The notes beneath the pieces are model-generated. The model ran no database searches. It was not told the DNA's origin and worked only from the letters and a program-made list of their open reading frames with translations. From an uncultured Candidatus Saccharibacteria bacterium (GTDB lineage Bacteria > Patescibacteriota > Minisyncoccia > Phycocordibacterales > Phycocordibacteraceae): a DNA stretch of 64,000 bases. Below are positions 45,596 to 54,677 of this stretch, one piece after another. Where the stretch lies: positions 920 through 64,919 of the forward strand of contig CAYHLC010000004.1 in the NCBI GenBank assembly GCA_964357395.1, in the 5' to 3' direction. The position numbers and the translations under genes were made by a program. The stretch's first letter is position 1. Each line of letters opens with the position of its first letter.

Positions 45596-46024
45596 ATGAG
45601 TCAGATAACAGTAGAGGTAGAGGTGAGCGCGCCGATAGACAAGGTGTGGGAGTACTACACCAAACCGGAGCATATTACGAAGTGGGCCTTTGCGTCCGAC
45701 GACTGGCACTGCCCCCGCGCGACGAACGACCTCACTGTAGGCGGCAGGTTCGTAACCCGCATGGAGGAGGTGGATGGGGACGAAGGCTTCGACTTTTCTG
45801 GCACGTACACCGATGTTGTCCAGAATAAGCTCATCGCATACACCATGGACCAGGCCCCGGACGAGCTCTTGGCACGGAAGGCGCTTGTCACATTTGCTCC
45901 GCAGGGGAGTGGCACACATGTGGAGGTCAGTTTTGATCCTGAAACAGAAAACCCGCCCGAGGTCCAGCTCGCAGGCTGGCAAGCAATCCTAGACAACTTT
46001 AAAAATCACGTAGAGGGCGCTTAG
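45596..46024 (+). CDS. SRPBCC/AHSA1-family protein
   Basis: VW...T.PEHI..W.FASDDWHCP, GFDF.G.Y, Q..GWQAIL.NFK. Confidence 0.9.
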   Translation: MSQITVEVEVSAPIDKVWEYYTKPEHITKWAFASDDWHCPRATNDLTVGGRFVTRMEEVDGDEGFDFSGTYTDVVQNKLIAYTMDQAPDELLARKALVTFAPQGSGTHVEVSFDPETENPPEVQLAGWQAILDNFKNHVEGA

Positions 46025-46025
46025 T

Positions 46026-46307
46026 ATGGACCTCGCTGAGCTCAAAAGTAAGCTTGCCGACGAAGGCTACCCACATATCTACGAGTGGCGCGATGCCCCC
46101 GGAGCTACATACCACGCTCATGCTCACAAAGATAAGGTCTCGATGTATATCCTTGAGGGGAGTGTCACATTTTCCTTTGCGGGCAAGGAGGTTGTGCTGA
46201 ATGCTGGGGACCACTTTGACGTCCCCGCTGGAGAGGAGCATACTGCAAAAGTTGGAGAGCAAGGTTGTTACTTTTTAGTAGGCGAGATGATAGAAGGAGA
46301 TTCATAA
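46026..46307 (+). CDS. Cupin domain protein
   Basis: Y..HAH, L.AGD...VPAG..H. Confidence 0.85.
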   Translation: MDLAELKSKLADEGYPHIYEWRDAPGATYHAHAHKDKVSMYILEGSVTFSFAGKEVVLNAGDHFDVPAGEEHTAKVGEQGCYFLVGEMIEGDS

Positions 46308-46315
46308 TAATAACT

Positions 46316-46534
46316 ATGTCCAAAACTATAACGTGCAAAGAGCTTGGAGGGGTGTGCGATCAGACGTTCACTGGTAACACGCTCGAGGAGGTTATGAAGA
46401 GCGGTATCCCGCATATGATGTCGGACGACGCGCACCAGAAGAGCATTATGGAAATGGAGGAGCGCACCGGCGAGAGCCAGGACCAGTGGATGGAGCGTAT
46501 GCAACGTGAGTTCGACCAGAAGTCTGAGGACTAG
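46316..46534 (+). CDS. DUF1059-family protein
   Basis: KTITCKELGG.CD..F.G.T.EE......H. Confidence 0.8.
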   Translation: MSKTITCKELGGVCDQTFTGNTLEEVMKSGIPHMMSDDAHQKSIMEMEERTGESQDQWMERMQREFDQKSED

Positions 46535-46549
46535 GGTTACAATCAAAGT

Positions 46550-47062
46550 ATGAAGTGGGTCGTTACAGTTGGCGGCGCTCTACTGATCATCGGTATCGGA
46601 GCAGTGTACTATTTTGATTCTGATCCAGTTGTCAGCTCTTTTGCTGAATGCGAGGCAGCGGGGTACCCGGTTGGGGAGTCCTATCCACGCCAGTGCTGGA
46701 CCCCGGACGGCAAGCACTTCGTTGAGGACGTAGAACCTGTTGGTGAGTTTTGGGGCACCGCAGTCGGCACCGTTATGCTTGGCCCCACGTGTCCTGTTGA
46801 GCGCGACCCGCCGGACCCGGAGTGTGCTGACAAGCCCTACCAAACGCAGCTCGTCGTAACATCTGCTGACGGGTCGAAGATTATTAAGGAGTCTGGCTCA
46901 GATGCGAGCGGCAAGTTTTATATCGAGCTCCCGCCGGGCGAGTATGCACTACGCTCTGCTGCCGCGGGCAATATTCTTCCGTACTGTCAGAGTCCCACCT
47001 TCACCATTCACGCAAATGGATCTACGGAAGTCACCGTCTCTTGCGACACCGGCATCCGATAA
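46550..47062 (+). CDS. Membrane-anchored Cys-rich protein
   Basis: SF.EC.AAGYPV.ESYPRQC.TPDG module, then GPTCPVE..PPDP.C...CDTGIR. Confidence 0.8.
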   Translation: MKWVVTVGGALLIIGIGAVYYFDSDPVVSSFAECEAAGYPVGESYPRQCWTPDGKHFVEDVEPVGEFWGTAVGTVMLGPTCPVERDPPDPECADKPYQTQLVVTSADGSKIIKESGSDASGKFYIELPPGEYALRSAAAGNILPYCQSPTFTIHANGSTEVTVSCDTGIR

Positions 47063-47082
47063 GCGATTGCTATACTGCAGAT

Positions 47083-47388
47083 ATGAGCTGGTGGGATGAC
47101 GTGCAGGCATACTACAAGGACAATCCGGAAGGGTATTGGTTCAAGGCGCGCCTCTACGGCTGGGGTTGGATGCCAGTTAGGTGGCAAGGTTGGGCAGTCC
47201 TTGGTGTCTACATCGCGTTCGTAATCACGCTCGCTCTTACAATTGCAGAGCCAGAGCCACCGCCGCGCGAGGTCGTTTTCACATTCCTCCTACCGGTTGC
47301 GATCCTCACTGCTACGCTTATCCGCATTTGCTATAGGAAGGGGGAGAAGCCGCGCTGGATGTGGGGCCCTCCAAAAAGGAAGGATTAG
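47083..47388 (+). CDS. Small membrane protein
   Basis: WFKA..YGWGW.P..WQGW, two TMs, KGEKPRW.WG. Confidence 0.8.
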   Translation: MSWWDDVQAYYKDNPEGYWFKARLYGWGWMPVRWQGWAVLGVYIAFVITLALTIAEPEPPPREVVFTFLLPVAILTATLIRICYRKGEKPRWMWGPPKRKD

Positions 47389-47389
47389 T

Positions 47390-47746
47390 ATGCGACTCAT
47401 TGTTGACGTTAAAGTGAGCGATTTGGCGCGGGCAGTAGCGTTTTATACCGACGTGCTCGGCCTTACGTGTCGCGTGCAGGAAGCAGAGTGGGCGGGGATT
47501 ACGGTCGGTAATGCCGAAATACACTTGTATCTAGACGGCGGGGTGACGAGCGGCGTCGAGTGGTACGTAAACGACTTGGACGCCGAGGTGGCGCGCGTAC
47601 AGGCCCGCGGAGTTGAGTTTATTTCAGGTATGGATAAGCCGAGTGCCGTTTCGTACGAGGGCGGAATTACCACCTTCCCGTGGGGGCGCCTTGCTTACTT
47701 TAAAGACTCCGAAGGTAACGAATTGGGATTAGTTCAAGATTTTTGA
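47390..47746 (+). CDS. VOC/glyoxalase family protein
   Basis: VSDL.RA..FY..VLG, PWGR.AYFKDSEGN. Confidence 0.9.
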   Translation: MRLIVDVKVSDLARAVAFYTDVLGLTCRVQEAEWAGITVGNAEIHLYLDGGVTSGVEWYVNDLDAEVARVQARGVEFISGMDKPSAVSYEGGITTFPWGRLAYFKDSEGNELGLVQDF

Positions 47747-47759
47747 GTCTCTCGCGACC

Positions 47760-47996
47760 CTATGTTTTGGTAGGAGGTACGTCGACTGACAGCATCTTGG
47801 AGCGTGAGTGGTGGCCGCTGATGATGCGCACCCGAGAGGCAGGCACGCCGAAGTGTATCGCAACGACCTCAACTACGCGCCGGTTGGCGAGGTTCTGGGC
47901 CGCAGGCTCCTTGACTGCGACCGCAAGCTTGGCGTCCCCGGTAGGAGTGACGCTCTCGCGCTTGGCCCCTGGCGTCACCACAACTTTGACGTACAT
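47760..47996 (-). CDS. DUF167 (YggU) family protein
   Basis: V.V.PGAK, V.EPA....AN, V.I.SG..SR.K. Confidence 0.88.
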   Translation of the reverse strand: MYVKVVVTPGAKRESVTPTGDAKLAVAVKEPAAQNLANRRVVEVVAIHFGVPASRVRIISGHHSRSKMLSVDVPPTKT

Positions 47997-48029
47997 GCAC
48001 CCATACTACCCTAGTGTATTCTGGGAGGA

Positions 48030-49628
48030 ATGACTCAGGAGGAAGCACTCAAGATTTTGAAGACGGGAGTCAATGTCTTTTTGACTGGAGAGCCAGGCGC
48101 GGGGAAGTCGCACACTATTAATGAGTACGTGCGCTACCTCCGCGAGTGCGACATCGAGCCGTCTATCACCGCCTCAACCGGCATCGCAGCAACGCACATC
48201 CACGGCATGACCATCCACGCGTGGAGTGGGATAGGTATTGCGAACCATCTTACCGAAGAGGATCTGGATCGCATTGCTACCCGCGAGCACGTCTCACGTC
48301 GGATACGCAGCGCACGCGTCCTGATTATCGACGAAGTCTCGATGCTCGCATCGAACACGCTCGACATGGTGGATGCTGTCTGCCGCGAAGTGCGGCAGAA
48401 CCAGTTACCCTTTGGTGGGCTGCAAGTCGTCCTTGTTGGCGACTTCTTCCAGCTTCCACCAGTCGTGCGCAACCAATTCAGGGAGAACAGCGGGCAAGAC
48501 TCCTTTTATTCCGACCTGCCACCAAGCATCTTTGCCTATGGCGCAGCGGCGTGGGCCCGCTCCGAGTTGGTAGTCTGCTACCTCACCGAGCAACACCGTC
48601 AGGACGACGCGGAGTTCCTCTCTGTCCTTGCCGCGATACGTGCTAACGGGCTCACTGAAGCGCATCGTACGTACATCACGAAGCGTGTAGTGACCGGTGT
48701 CCCGGAGGGGGTGACCAAGCTGTACTCGCACAACGCCGACGTCGATCGTATCAATGCAGAGGAGCTGCGGAAACTGCCCGGAGCATTCAAGCGCCACCAA
48801 ATGGTGGGGCACGGCAGGGACTTGCTGCTCCAAAATCTGAAGCGGGGCTGTCTCTCGCCAGAGGTGTTGGAGCTCAAGGAGGGCTCGGCAGTCATGTTCA
48901 CCAAAAACAGTATCCAGGGCGGATTTGTAAATGGTACGCTCGGTACCGTTGTTGGCTTTGAGGCTGGTACAAACAACCCCGAGGTGGAGATGCTGAGCGG
49001 GCGGAGGTTAGTAGTGGAGCCGCTGGACTGGAATATTGAGGACGGGGGACGGGTCCTTGCGACCATCACGCAGGTGCCACTCCGCCTTGCGTGGGCGATG
49101 ACGGTACACAAGAGCCAGGGCATGAGCATGGACGCGGCGGTGATGGACCTCTCACAGGCGTTTGAGTACGGACAGGGGTATGTGGCACTCTCTCGCGTGC
49201 GACGCCTCTCTGGCCTCCACCTCCTTGGGATTAACCGCCGCGCACTTGAGGTCCACCCCGAAATAGTAGAGAAGGACGCCGACTTCCGCTCGAACTCTGA
49301 TGATGCAGCATCGACTTTTGGAAGTATGTCCTCTACTGAATTGTCCGCCTTGCACACCAACTTTGTTCGTGCCTCAGGCGGTAAGATGCCCGAAGGCCCA
49401 AAAACCAAAACCCTTCGAAAAGCAGAGGGCAAGAAGCCTGTAGCCAAGTTGGCAGAGATCAGGGAGAAGCACCCAAACGCCTACATGCCATGGACGGAGG
49501 AAGATGATGTGGCACTGACTGCAGGATTTGAGAGCGACACCACCATACACGCGCTTGCCAAAGAATTTGGCCGAAAACCTGGTGCTATCCGTTCCCGTCT
49601 TGTAAAACTCGGTCTCATAGACGCATAA
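48030..49628 (+). CDS. PIF1/RecD-like SF1B helicase
   Basis: GEPGAGKS, IDEVSM, GDFFQLPPV, LAWAMTVHKSQG, YVALSR. Confidence 0.93.
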   Translation: MTQEEALKILKTGVNVFLTGEPGAGKSHTINEYVRYLRECDIEPSITASTGIAATHIHGMTIHAWSGIGIANHLTEEDLDRIATREHVSRRIRSARVLIIDEVSMLASNTLDMVDAVCREVRQNQLPFGGLQVVLVGDFFQLPPVVRNQFRENSGQDSFYSDLPPSIFAYGAAAWARSELVVCYLTEQHRQDDAEFLSVLAAIRANGLTEAHRTYITKRVVTGVPEGVTKLYSHNADVDRINAEELRKLPGAFKRHQMVGHGRDLLLQNLKRGCLSPEVLELKEGSAVMFTKNSIQGGFVNGTLGTVVGFEAGTNNPEVEMLSGRRLVVEPLDWNIEDGGRVLATITQVPLRLAWAMTVHKSQGMSMDAAVMDLSQAFEYGQGYVALSRVRRLSGLHLLGINRRALEVHPEIVEKDADFRSNSDDAASTFGSMSSTELSALHTNFVRASGGKMPEGPKTKTLRKAEGKKPVAKLAEIREKHPNAYMPWTEEDDVALTAGFESDTTIHALAKEFGRKPGAIRSRLVKLGLIDA

Positions 49629-49673
49629 AAATGATAATAGTAGTTTTGGTCGCCAAGTGCTAAACTGCACCAG

Positions 49674-49931
49674 GTGAAGAAGATCCCCACTGATTTTAAG
49701 CTACAGATCATTAAGCAGGGGAACTTGGTGATCGTGTACTCGCACGTCCTAGATATCTGCACTACCGGCAAGTCTGAGGAGCAAGCACGTGGAAATTTCG
49801 ATACGCTCGTCAGTATATTCCTGAAGGATGCAGAGGGGGACATAGATAAGGCGGGTCTCCTCCACCAGTCGCTGACCAATAGGGGGTGGACCAACCGCGC
49901 CAAGCGCTGGGTACCGCCTGTCGTAAAGTAG
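49674..49931 (+). CDS. HicB-like protein (no adjacent HicA)
   Basis: Y...LD..T.GK..E.A..NF. Confidence 0.55.
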   Translation: MKKIPTDFKLQIIKQGNLVIVYSHVLDICTTGKSEEQARGNFDTLVSIFLKDAEGDIDKAGLLHQSLTNRGWTNRAKRWVPPVVK

Positions 49932-49949
49932 GCGTCGTATACTATTGAG

Positions 49950-51269
49950 ATGAGGTTTGGAGCGCTCCTGGTTCTCGCGGTTTTTGTGATGCCCCTTGCC
50001 GCACAAGCTGAGGTGCGCGTCATCCAGTTCCCGGTCCAAGGGGACTTTAGCTATCGCAACGACTTTGGTGAGCCGAGGGACGGTGGCGCCCGCAGCCACG
50101 AAGGCAGCGACATTATCGCTCCAAAGATGACGCCAGTAGTGGCTGCGGTCGATGGACGAGTGACCTTTATTGCAGTCCCACAGGCGTCGTGGGGCTACTC
50201 AATAACTATTCAGGATTCGGAGGGGTATTCGTATCGATACCTACACCTCAACAATGACACCCCAGGAACCGATGATGGTCTTGGTGGTGAGTCGAACGCG
50301 TACGCCCCGGGCCTGTACCGTGGCGTGCGTGTCGTGCGTGGTCAGCTATTAGGGTGGGTGGGCGACAGCGGGAATGCTGAATCGACAGTCCCGCACTTGC
50401 ACTTCGAGATAGTGTCTCCCGGCAGGGTACCTATTAATCCGTATGACAGCCTCTACGCTGCCTCCGGCGGAGTCGGTGCGGGCACGGTGACTGGTACCCC
50501 TATTATGACGAGTGGTAACGAAGGGAGTATTGCTGCCGAGGAGGCCTTTGTGGCGACACGAGAGTTGCAGGAGGGGTCGTGGGAGCCGGAAGTCTTGACA
50601 CTGCACACACAACTGAAGGAGTTGGGATACTACACGGGAGAGCTCACCGATCGCTACACCGCGGTGACACGTGAGGCAGTCCGCAAGTTTCAGAATTCAG
50701 AAAAGATAACCCCGACCGGACTCGCGGATGCCGCAACTAGGAAGCGCATCGAGGCGCGCATCAAGGCAATAACCCCGGCCATCATTCCTGCCCCAACAGG
50801 AGCTGGTGGTGAGATGAAGCTCGGCGCCTCGGGCGAGGCAGTGCGCTTGGTGCAGGTGCGCCTACGCGAGCTCGGATACCTTACTGCAGAGCCGACTGGA
50901 TACTTCGGACCACTAACGCACGCGGCTGTAGTCGCGTTCCAAACAGCAAGCGGTATCGATCCAATAGGAGTCGTAGGACCCAAAACTAAAGCGGCACTCG
51001 TTGTCGCAACACCGAGCACTGTGCCCATAACTGCGAGCGAGCAGGCAAACGTTGGTACCCTGGTGAGCACACTTGCAGTAGGCTCGCGCGGCACTGAGGT
51101 TGCTACGCTCCAGTCGATTTTGAAGAATGCTGGGTATTTCCACTTTGACATCACCGACTACTTTGGCCCCCTGACCAAGGCTGCGGTCATTGCGTTCCAA
51201 ACCGCAAACGGCATCGAGCCCATAGGCATTGTGGGCCCCAAGACCCGTGCCGCCCTTAATACGTTATAG
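49950..51269 (+). CDS. M23 peptidase with three peptidoglycan-binding domains
   Basis: HEGSD, YLHL, HLHFE; repeated YFGPLT.AAV.AFQ...G.VGPKT. Confidence 0.92.
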   Translation: MRFGALLVLAVFVMPLAAQAEVRVIQFPVQGDFSYRNDFGEPRDGGARSHEGSDIIAPKMTPVVAAVDGRVTFIAVPQASWGYSITIQDSEGYSYRYLHLNNDTPGTDDGLGGESNAYAPGLYRGVRVVRGQLLGWVGDSGNAESTVPHLHFEIVSPGRVPINPYDSLYAASGGVGAGTVTGTPIMTSGNEGSIAAEEAFVATRELQEGSWEPEVLTLHTQLKELGYYTGELTDRYTAVTREAVRKFQNSEKITPTGLADAATRKRIEARIKAITPAIIPAPTGAGGEMKLGASGEAVRLVQVRLRELGYLTAEPTGYFGPLTHAAVVAFQTASGIDPIGVVGPKTKAALVVATPSTVPITASEQANVGTLVSTLAVGSRGTEVATLQSILKNAGYFHFDITDYFGPLTKAAVIAFQTANGIEPIGIVGPKTRAALNTL

Positions 51270-51276
51270 TGTTTGT

Positions 51277-51939
51277 ATGAAGAAATTATTTCTGGTGACC
51301 ATACTTGCCCTGCTCTGTACAGGGGCCGCGCAGGCAGCATCGACAGATTATTACTTAAAGTTGGGCGGGGTTGACGGCGAGACCAAGCGTGCCACTACCG
51401 CCCGCGCTACCACTACGGGCACGGTAACCACTGGGGAAAGTGGTGAGGCAGAAGGAAAGGTTGAATATGAATGGAAGGTTGAGGAAGGAGAGAGCGCTGC
51501 TACTCCTGGCGTAGAGCCGGATGAGATCGATTACAACGATGATGGAGAGCCGCTCACGCCGGATTTCAGCATATTACTTGGCGGTGGCTCAGACGATGAT
51601 AGCGAGGAGCGCCTGCAAGGGCTGGCGCGTGCCGAGGCAGTCTTGCTCGAGAACGCCAAGGCATCTGAGCAGGCGATAGAGAGCGTCTCTCTTAACTTTG
51701 AGAAGATTAGCACCAAGATTAAGCATGAGGTCAGGCTCTTCGGTTTCATCCCAGCGACAGCTACTGCTACTGTTGATATTGATGCTGAGGAGGAGGTGCA
51801 TGTCTCGTTCCCGTGGTGGGCAATTTTTGCCACTGGCAGAGACGATGATGCAGTTGGCAAAAAGGTGGTCGAGGCAATCGCGAACGTCCTCAAGACCAAA
51901 CACGACACGGTCAAAAACGCAATTAACAATGTCCGCTAA
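51277..51939 (+). CDS. Secreted surface protein (LFGFIP...PWW family) with Hcp-like and needle-like segments
   Basis: Signal peptide; DYYLKLGGVDGE, ESVSLNFEKI, LFGFIP, FPWW, C-terminal NVLKTKHDTVKNAINNVR. Confidence 0.82.
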   Translation: MKKLFLVTILALLCTGAAQAASTDYYLKLGGVDGETKRATTARATTTGTVTTGESGEAEGKVEYEWKVEEGESAATPGVEPDEIDYNDDGEPLTPDFSILLGGGSDDDSEERLQGLARAEAVLLENAKASEQAIESVSLNFEKISTKIKHEVRLFGFIPATATATVDIDAEEEVHVSFPWWAIFATGRDDDAVGKKVVEAIANVLKTKHDTVKNAINNVR

Positions 51940-51953
51940 GAACAAATAAGCAC

Positions 51954-52316
51954 ATGTCATACGTTGATGGGTTCGTATTTGCAGTGCCAAAGAAGAACCG
52001 CGGGGCCTATATCAAAATGGCCAAGGAGGGGAAACGGATGTTTACCAAGCTCGGGGCGATCGATTACAAGGAATGTCGTCTTACCGACGCTACGCCGAAG
52101 TATGCGGAGCTCACCTTTCCGAAACTTATGAAGGCGAAGCCGAGCGAGGAGATTTGGTTCTCCTACGTTGTCTACAAGAGCAAGAAGCATCGCGATGCCG
52201 CAAACAAGCAAATGATGCGAGACATGGGCGAGTGGGAGAAGAAGGGTAAGAAGATGGAGATGCCGTTCAAGATGAACCGTATGGCGGTTGGCGGGTTCGA
52301 GGCTATTGTTGAGTAG
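51954..52316 (+). CDS. DUF1428 (YbaA-like) protein
   Basis: YVDGFV..VP, FS...YKS..HRD.AN, RM..GGF. Confidence 0.9.
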   Translation: MSYVDGFVFAVPKKNRGAYIKMAKEGKRMFTKLGAIDYKECRLTDATPKYAELTFPKLMKAKPSEEIWFSYVVYKSKKHRDAANKQMMRDMGEWEKKGKKMEMPFKMNRMAVGGFEAIVE

Positions 52317-53673
52317 AGGCAATCCCTCCGGAGATCGTGACAACACGAGCCTGTGTAGTCTTGAGATAGTCAACCACCTGGTTAAAGACTGAAGTGGGGA
52401 CACAGTAGCGGTCGCCACAGGTCGGCTGCACCTGATGCACCGTGATGATGAGCCACTTTTTTTCTGCGAGGGCTTGGTCTATCCAGCCTTTGGCGGTTGC
52501 CACCGTAGTATTGCTCTCAAGTCCGCGGCGCTCCAATTGGTACACGTCAGTACCAGTCGTGACCAAGCCGCCGTTCGATGATGCGGCGCTCTCAAAACCA
52601 GCGCTCTTCACCAACTGTATGGTCGAGGCGTTGTAACTGCCAAACGGGTAGGAGAACGACTTGACGGGTCCCACACCCCAACCAAGGATATCGTCGCGTG
52701 ACCCTTTGATCTCTGCAGTTGCTTGTGCCGTCGTCATACCGACGAGGTCGTTGTGTGTACGTGTGTGTGCACCTATCTCGTGGCCGCTCGCGGCAACCTC
52801 TTTGATCTGCGCTATGCTCATGTACCCAAGAAAATTATTGTCTAAGTTTTGCTTCGACACGGCGTAGAGAGTTGAGTCAAAGCCCACAGCGTCGAGCTTG
52901 GGGAATCCGTACTGGTACTGCGATGCCCAGTTGTCGTCAAAGCGAATCGTGACGGCACCAGTGTCAAATACAGAATTGCCTCCGCTCGTGCCATTCTGCG
53001 CCAGCGAGACATTGTCGATTGTAAGCTGCCCGTTTTGCTTGATGAGGTGGAAGATAGTGAGAGAGACTGCTCCCGACGAAGCAGTAAAGGTTCCTGACGC
53101 AGTCGTCCAACCGCTTGCCGCTGCTGGTGTCGCAATATCTTTGTACGTCAGAGTCCCATTGCTGTGAGTGAACTGCACCGTGACAAAGCTCGGCACGCTC
53201 GCTTGGTATCGGTCCGTGTACGTATACGAAGCGCCCGGGCTTACTGCAACATTGTTGAAGTACCATTTGGCGTCCCCCGAGACATAGTTGCTGACCTGCA
53301 CTCGCACGGCCTTGCCGGATTCGCCGCCGGATTGAAGGTAGGTGAGGAGGCGCGAATTGCTGCCATAGCCGCCCTTCTTCCACCCGCTTGGTAGGGTTCC
53401 CGCTGTGGTCTCAAATCCAGGATTAGGAATCAGGTTGGCGCTCTCTACTGCTACTGCAGTACTTGTTTGCTGCAAAGTAGCCTGCCGCTTCGTTTGCTTT
53501 GGCATGAGGTCAATAATGAGCTTGGCGCCGGGGAGGTTGAGCCACGCTCCTTCATTTTCCGGGGTCGATGAACTCTCGCTTTTAGGAACAGGCAGTGTAG
53601 CTGCGTATGTTGGGGTGAGTAAGAATGTGAGAAGTGTAAGCACAGCAGCAAGCGCCAAGAATATTTTCTGCAT
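52303..53673 (-). CDS. Secreted polysaccharide deacetylase (CE4) with carbohydrate-binding module
   Basis: NLIPNPGFE CBM; RFDD, EIGAHTRTH, FSYPFG. Confidence 0.9.
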   Translation of the reverse strand: MQKIFLALAAVLTLLTFLLTPTYAATLPVPKSESSSTPENEGAWLNLPGAKLIIDLMPKQTKRQATLQQTSTAVAVESANLIPNPGFETTAGTLPSGWKKGGYGSNSRLLTYLQSGGESGKAVRVQVSNYVSGDAKWYFNNVAVSPGASYTYTDRYQASVPSFVTVQFTHSNGTLTYKDIATPAAASGWTTASGTFTASSGAVSLTIFHLIKQNGQLTIDNVSLAQNGTSGGNSVFDTGAVTIRFDDNWASQYQYGFPKLDAVGFDSTLYAVSKQNLDNNFLGYMSIAQIKEVAASGHEIGAHTRTHNDLVGMTTAQATAEIKGSRDDILGWGVGPVKSFSYPFGSYNASTIQLVKSAGFESAASSNGGLVTTGTDVYQLERRGLESNTTVATAKGWIDQALAEKKWLIITVHQVQPTCGDRYCVPTSVFNQVVDYLKTTQARVVTISGGIASTQQ

Positions 53674-53882
53674 GCAATCAGTATCGCTTATAGGGTATGA
53701 ACAGGCGGTTAATGTTACATAGCAAAAAATGTTTCTGCTTGTCTGCAAGGGAATTCCGGATCCCTAAGTGATACCAAGCCGTATATTTCAGCTTCATAAT
53801 CTACATGAAGATTTGACTACACAACAAGAGTCACTGTTGCCTATATAGCGAGGCTCTCTACATGTATCTATCATGAATAGGT

Positions 53883-54677
53883 ATGAAAAACATACTTCTT
53901 GCAGCAGTGCTACTTAGCAGCATATTCTTACCAGTAAGCGCTACGGCAGCGACCGGTGACTACTTATACAATTTTAATTCTGCCGGAGTGTTAAGGGAGG
54001 CAGGCTCTTCCTTGGAGTCGACGAGCCCTTATTGGTGGCTCAACTCGGGTGCATACCTGGTAATACAAGACGGGGTAGGCAAGACCGTACAGGGCAAGTT
54101 GGCGTCCGCGGATCCATTCCGCGTACTCTACAATCGCACTAATCCGCTCGATACCGAAAACGGCTATTATCCTCAGAATCTTTTCCGCCTTGTCTCTAAA
54201 AGGACGTGGTCGAATGCTGAGACGAGCGTTACGTTCAAGGTTAATCGGCACACGATGACCGACACGCCGAACCGCGATGGGTATAGTGGTGTGCTCCTCT
54301 TTGCTCGCTACAAGGACGGTAACAACCTCTACTACGCTGGAATCCGTGACGACGGGCTGGCGGTAATCAAAAAGAAGGTGGGAGGCACATATACGACGCT
54401 CGCTGGCGGACAGGTATTCAGTGGTACGTATAACCGCAACACTGACTCGTCGCTTATCCCATCGAACCAGTGGATGCGCCTTGCTCTCGAGACAGTAGAC
54501 CAGGCAGACGGCTCGGTCAAGATCGTGCTGAAGTTAGACAAGGAGAATGATGGTACCTACCAAACAGTTGCAACTGCGACTGACAAGTCGAATCCAGTGA
54601 AGGGGGTCGGCAGTAGTGGTATCCGTACTGACTACCTTGATGCCGAGTTCGACAATTTCCGAGTCTCATTGCGCTAG
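53883..54677 (+). CDS. Secreted concanavalin/LamG-like protein
   Basis: Signal peptide; beta-sandwich pattern RY.D..N.YY.G.R, GIRTD...EFDNF. Confidence 0.75.
   Translation: MKNILLAAVLLSSIFLPVSATAATGDYLYNFNSAGVLREAGSSLESTSPYWWLNSGAYLVIQDGVGKTVQGKLASADPFRVLYNRTNPLDTENGYYPQNLFRLVSKRTWSNAETSVTFKVNRHTMTDTPNRDGYSGVLLFARYKDGNNLYYAGIRDDGLAVIKKKVGGTYTTLAGGQVFSGTYNRNTDSSLIPSNQWMRLALETVDQADGSVKIVLKLDKENDGTYQTVATATDKSNPVKGVGSSGIRTDYLDAEFDNFRVSLR

Noticed and set aside
44034-47746. Prophage or integron at tRNA-Gln
   Set aside because: No integrase, structural genes, attC sites or duplicated tRNA 3' end found
51277-51939. A genuine hcp gene or T6SS
   Set aside because: It has a signal peptide, the motifs are out of order on an unrelated scaffold, and there are no tss genes in the window
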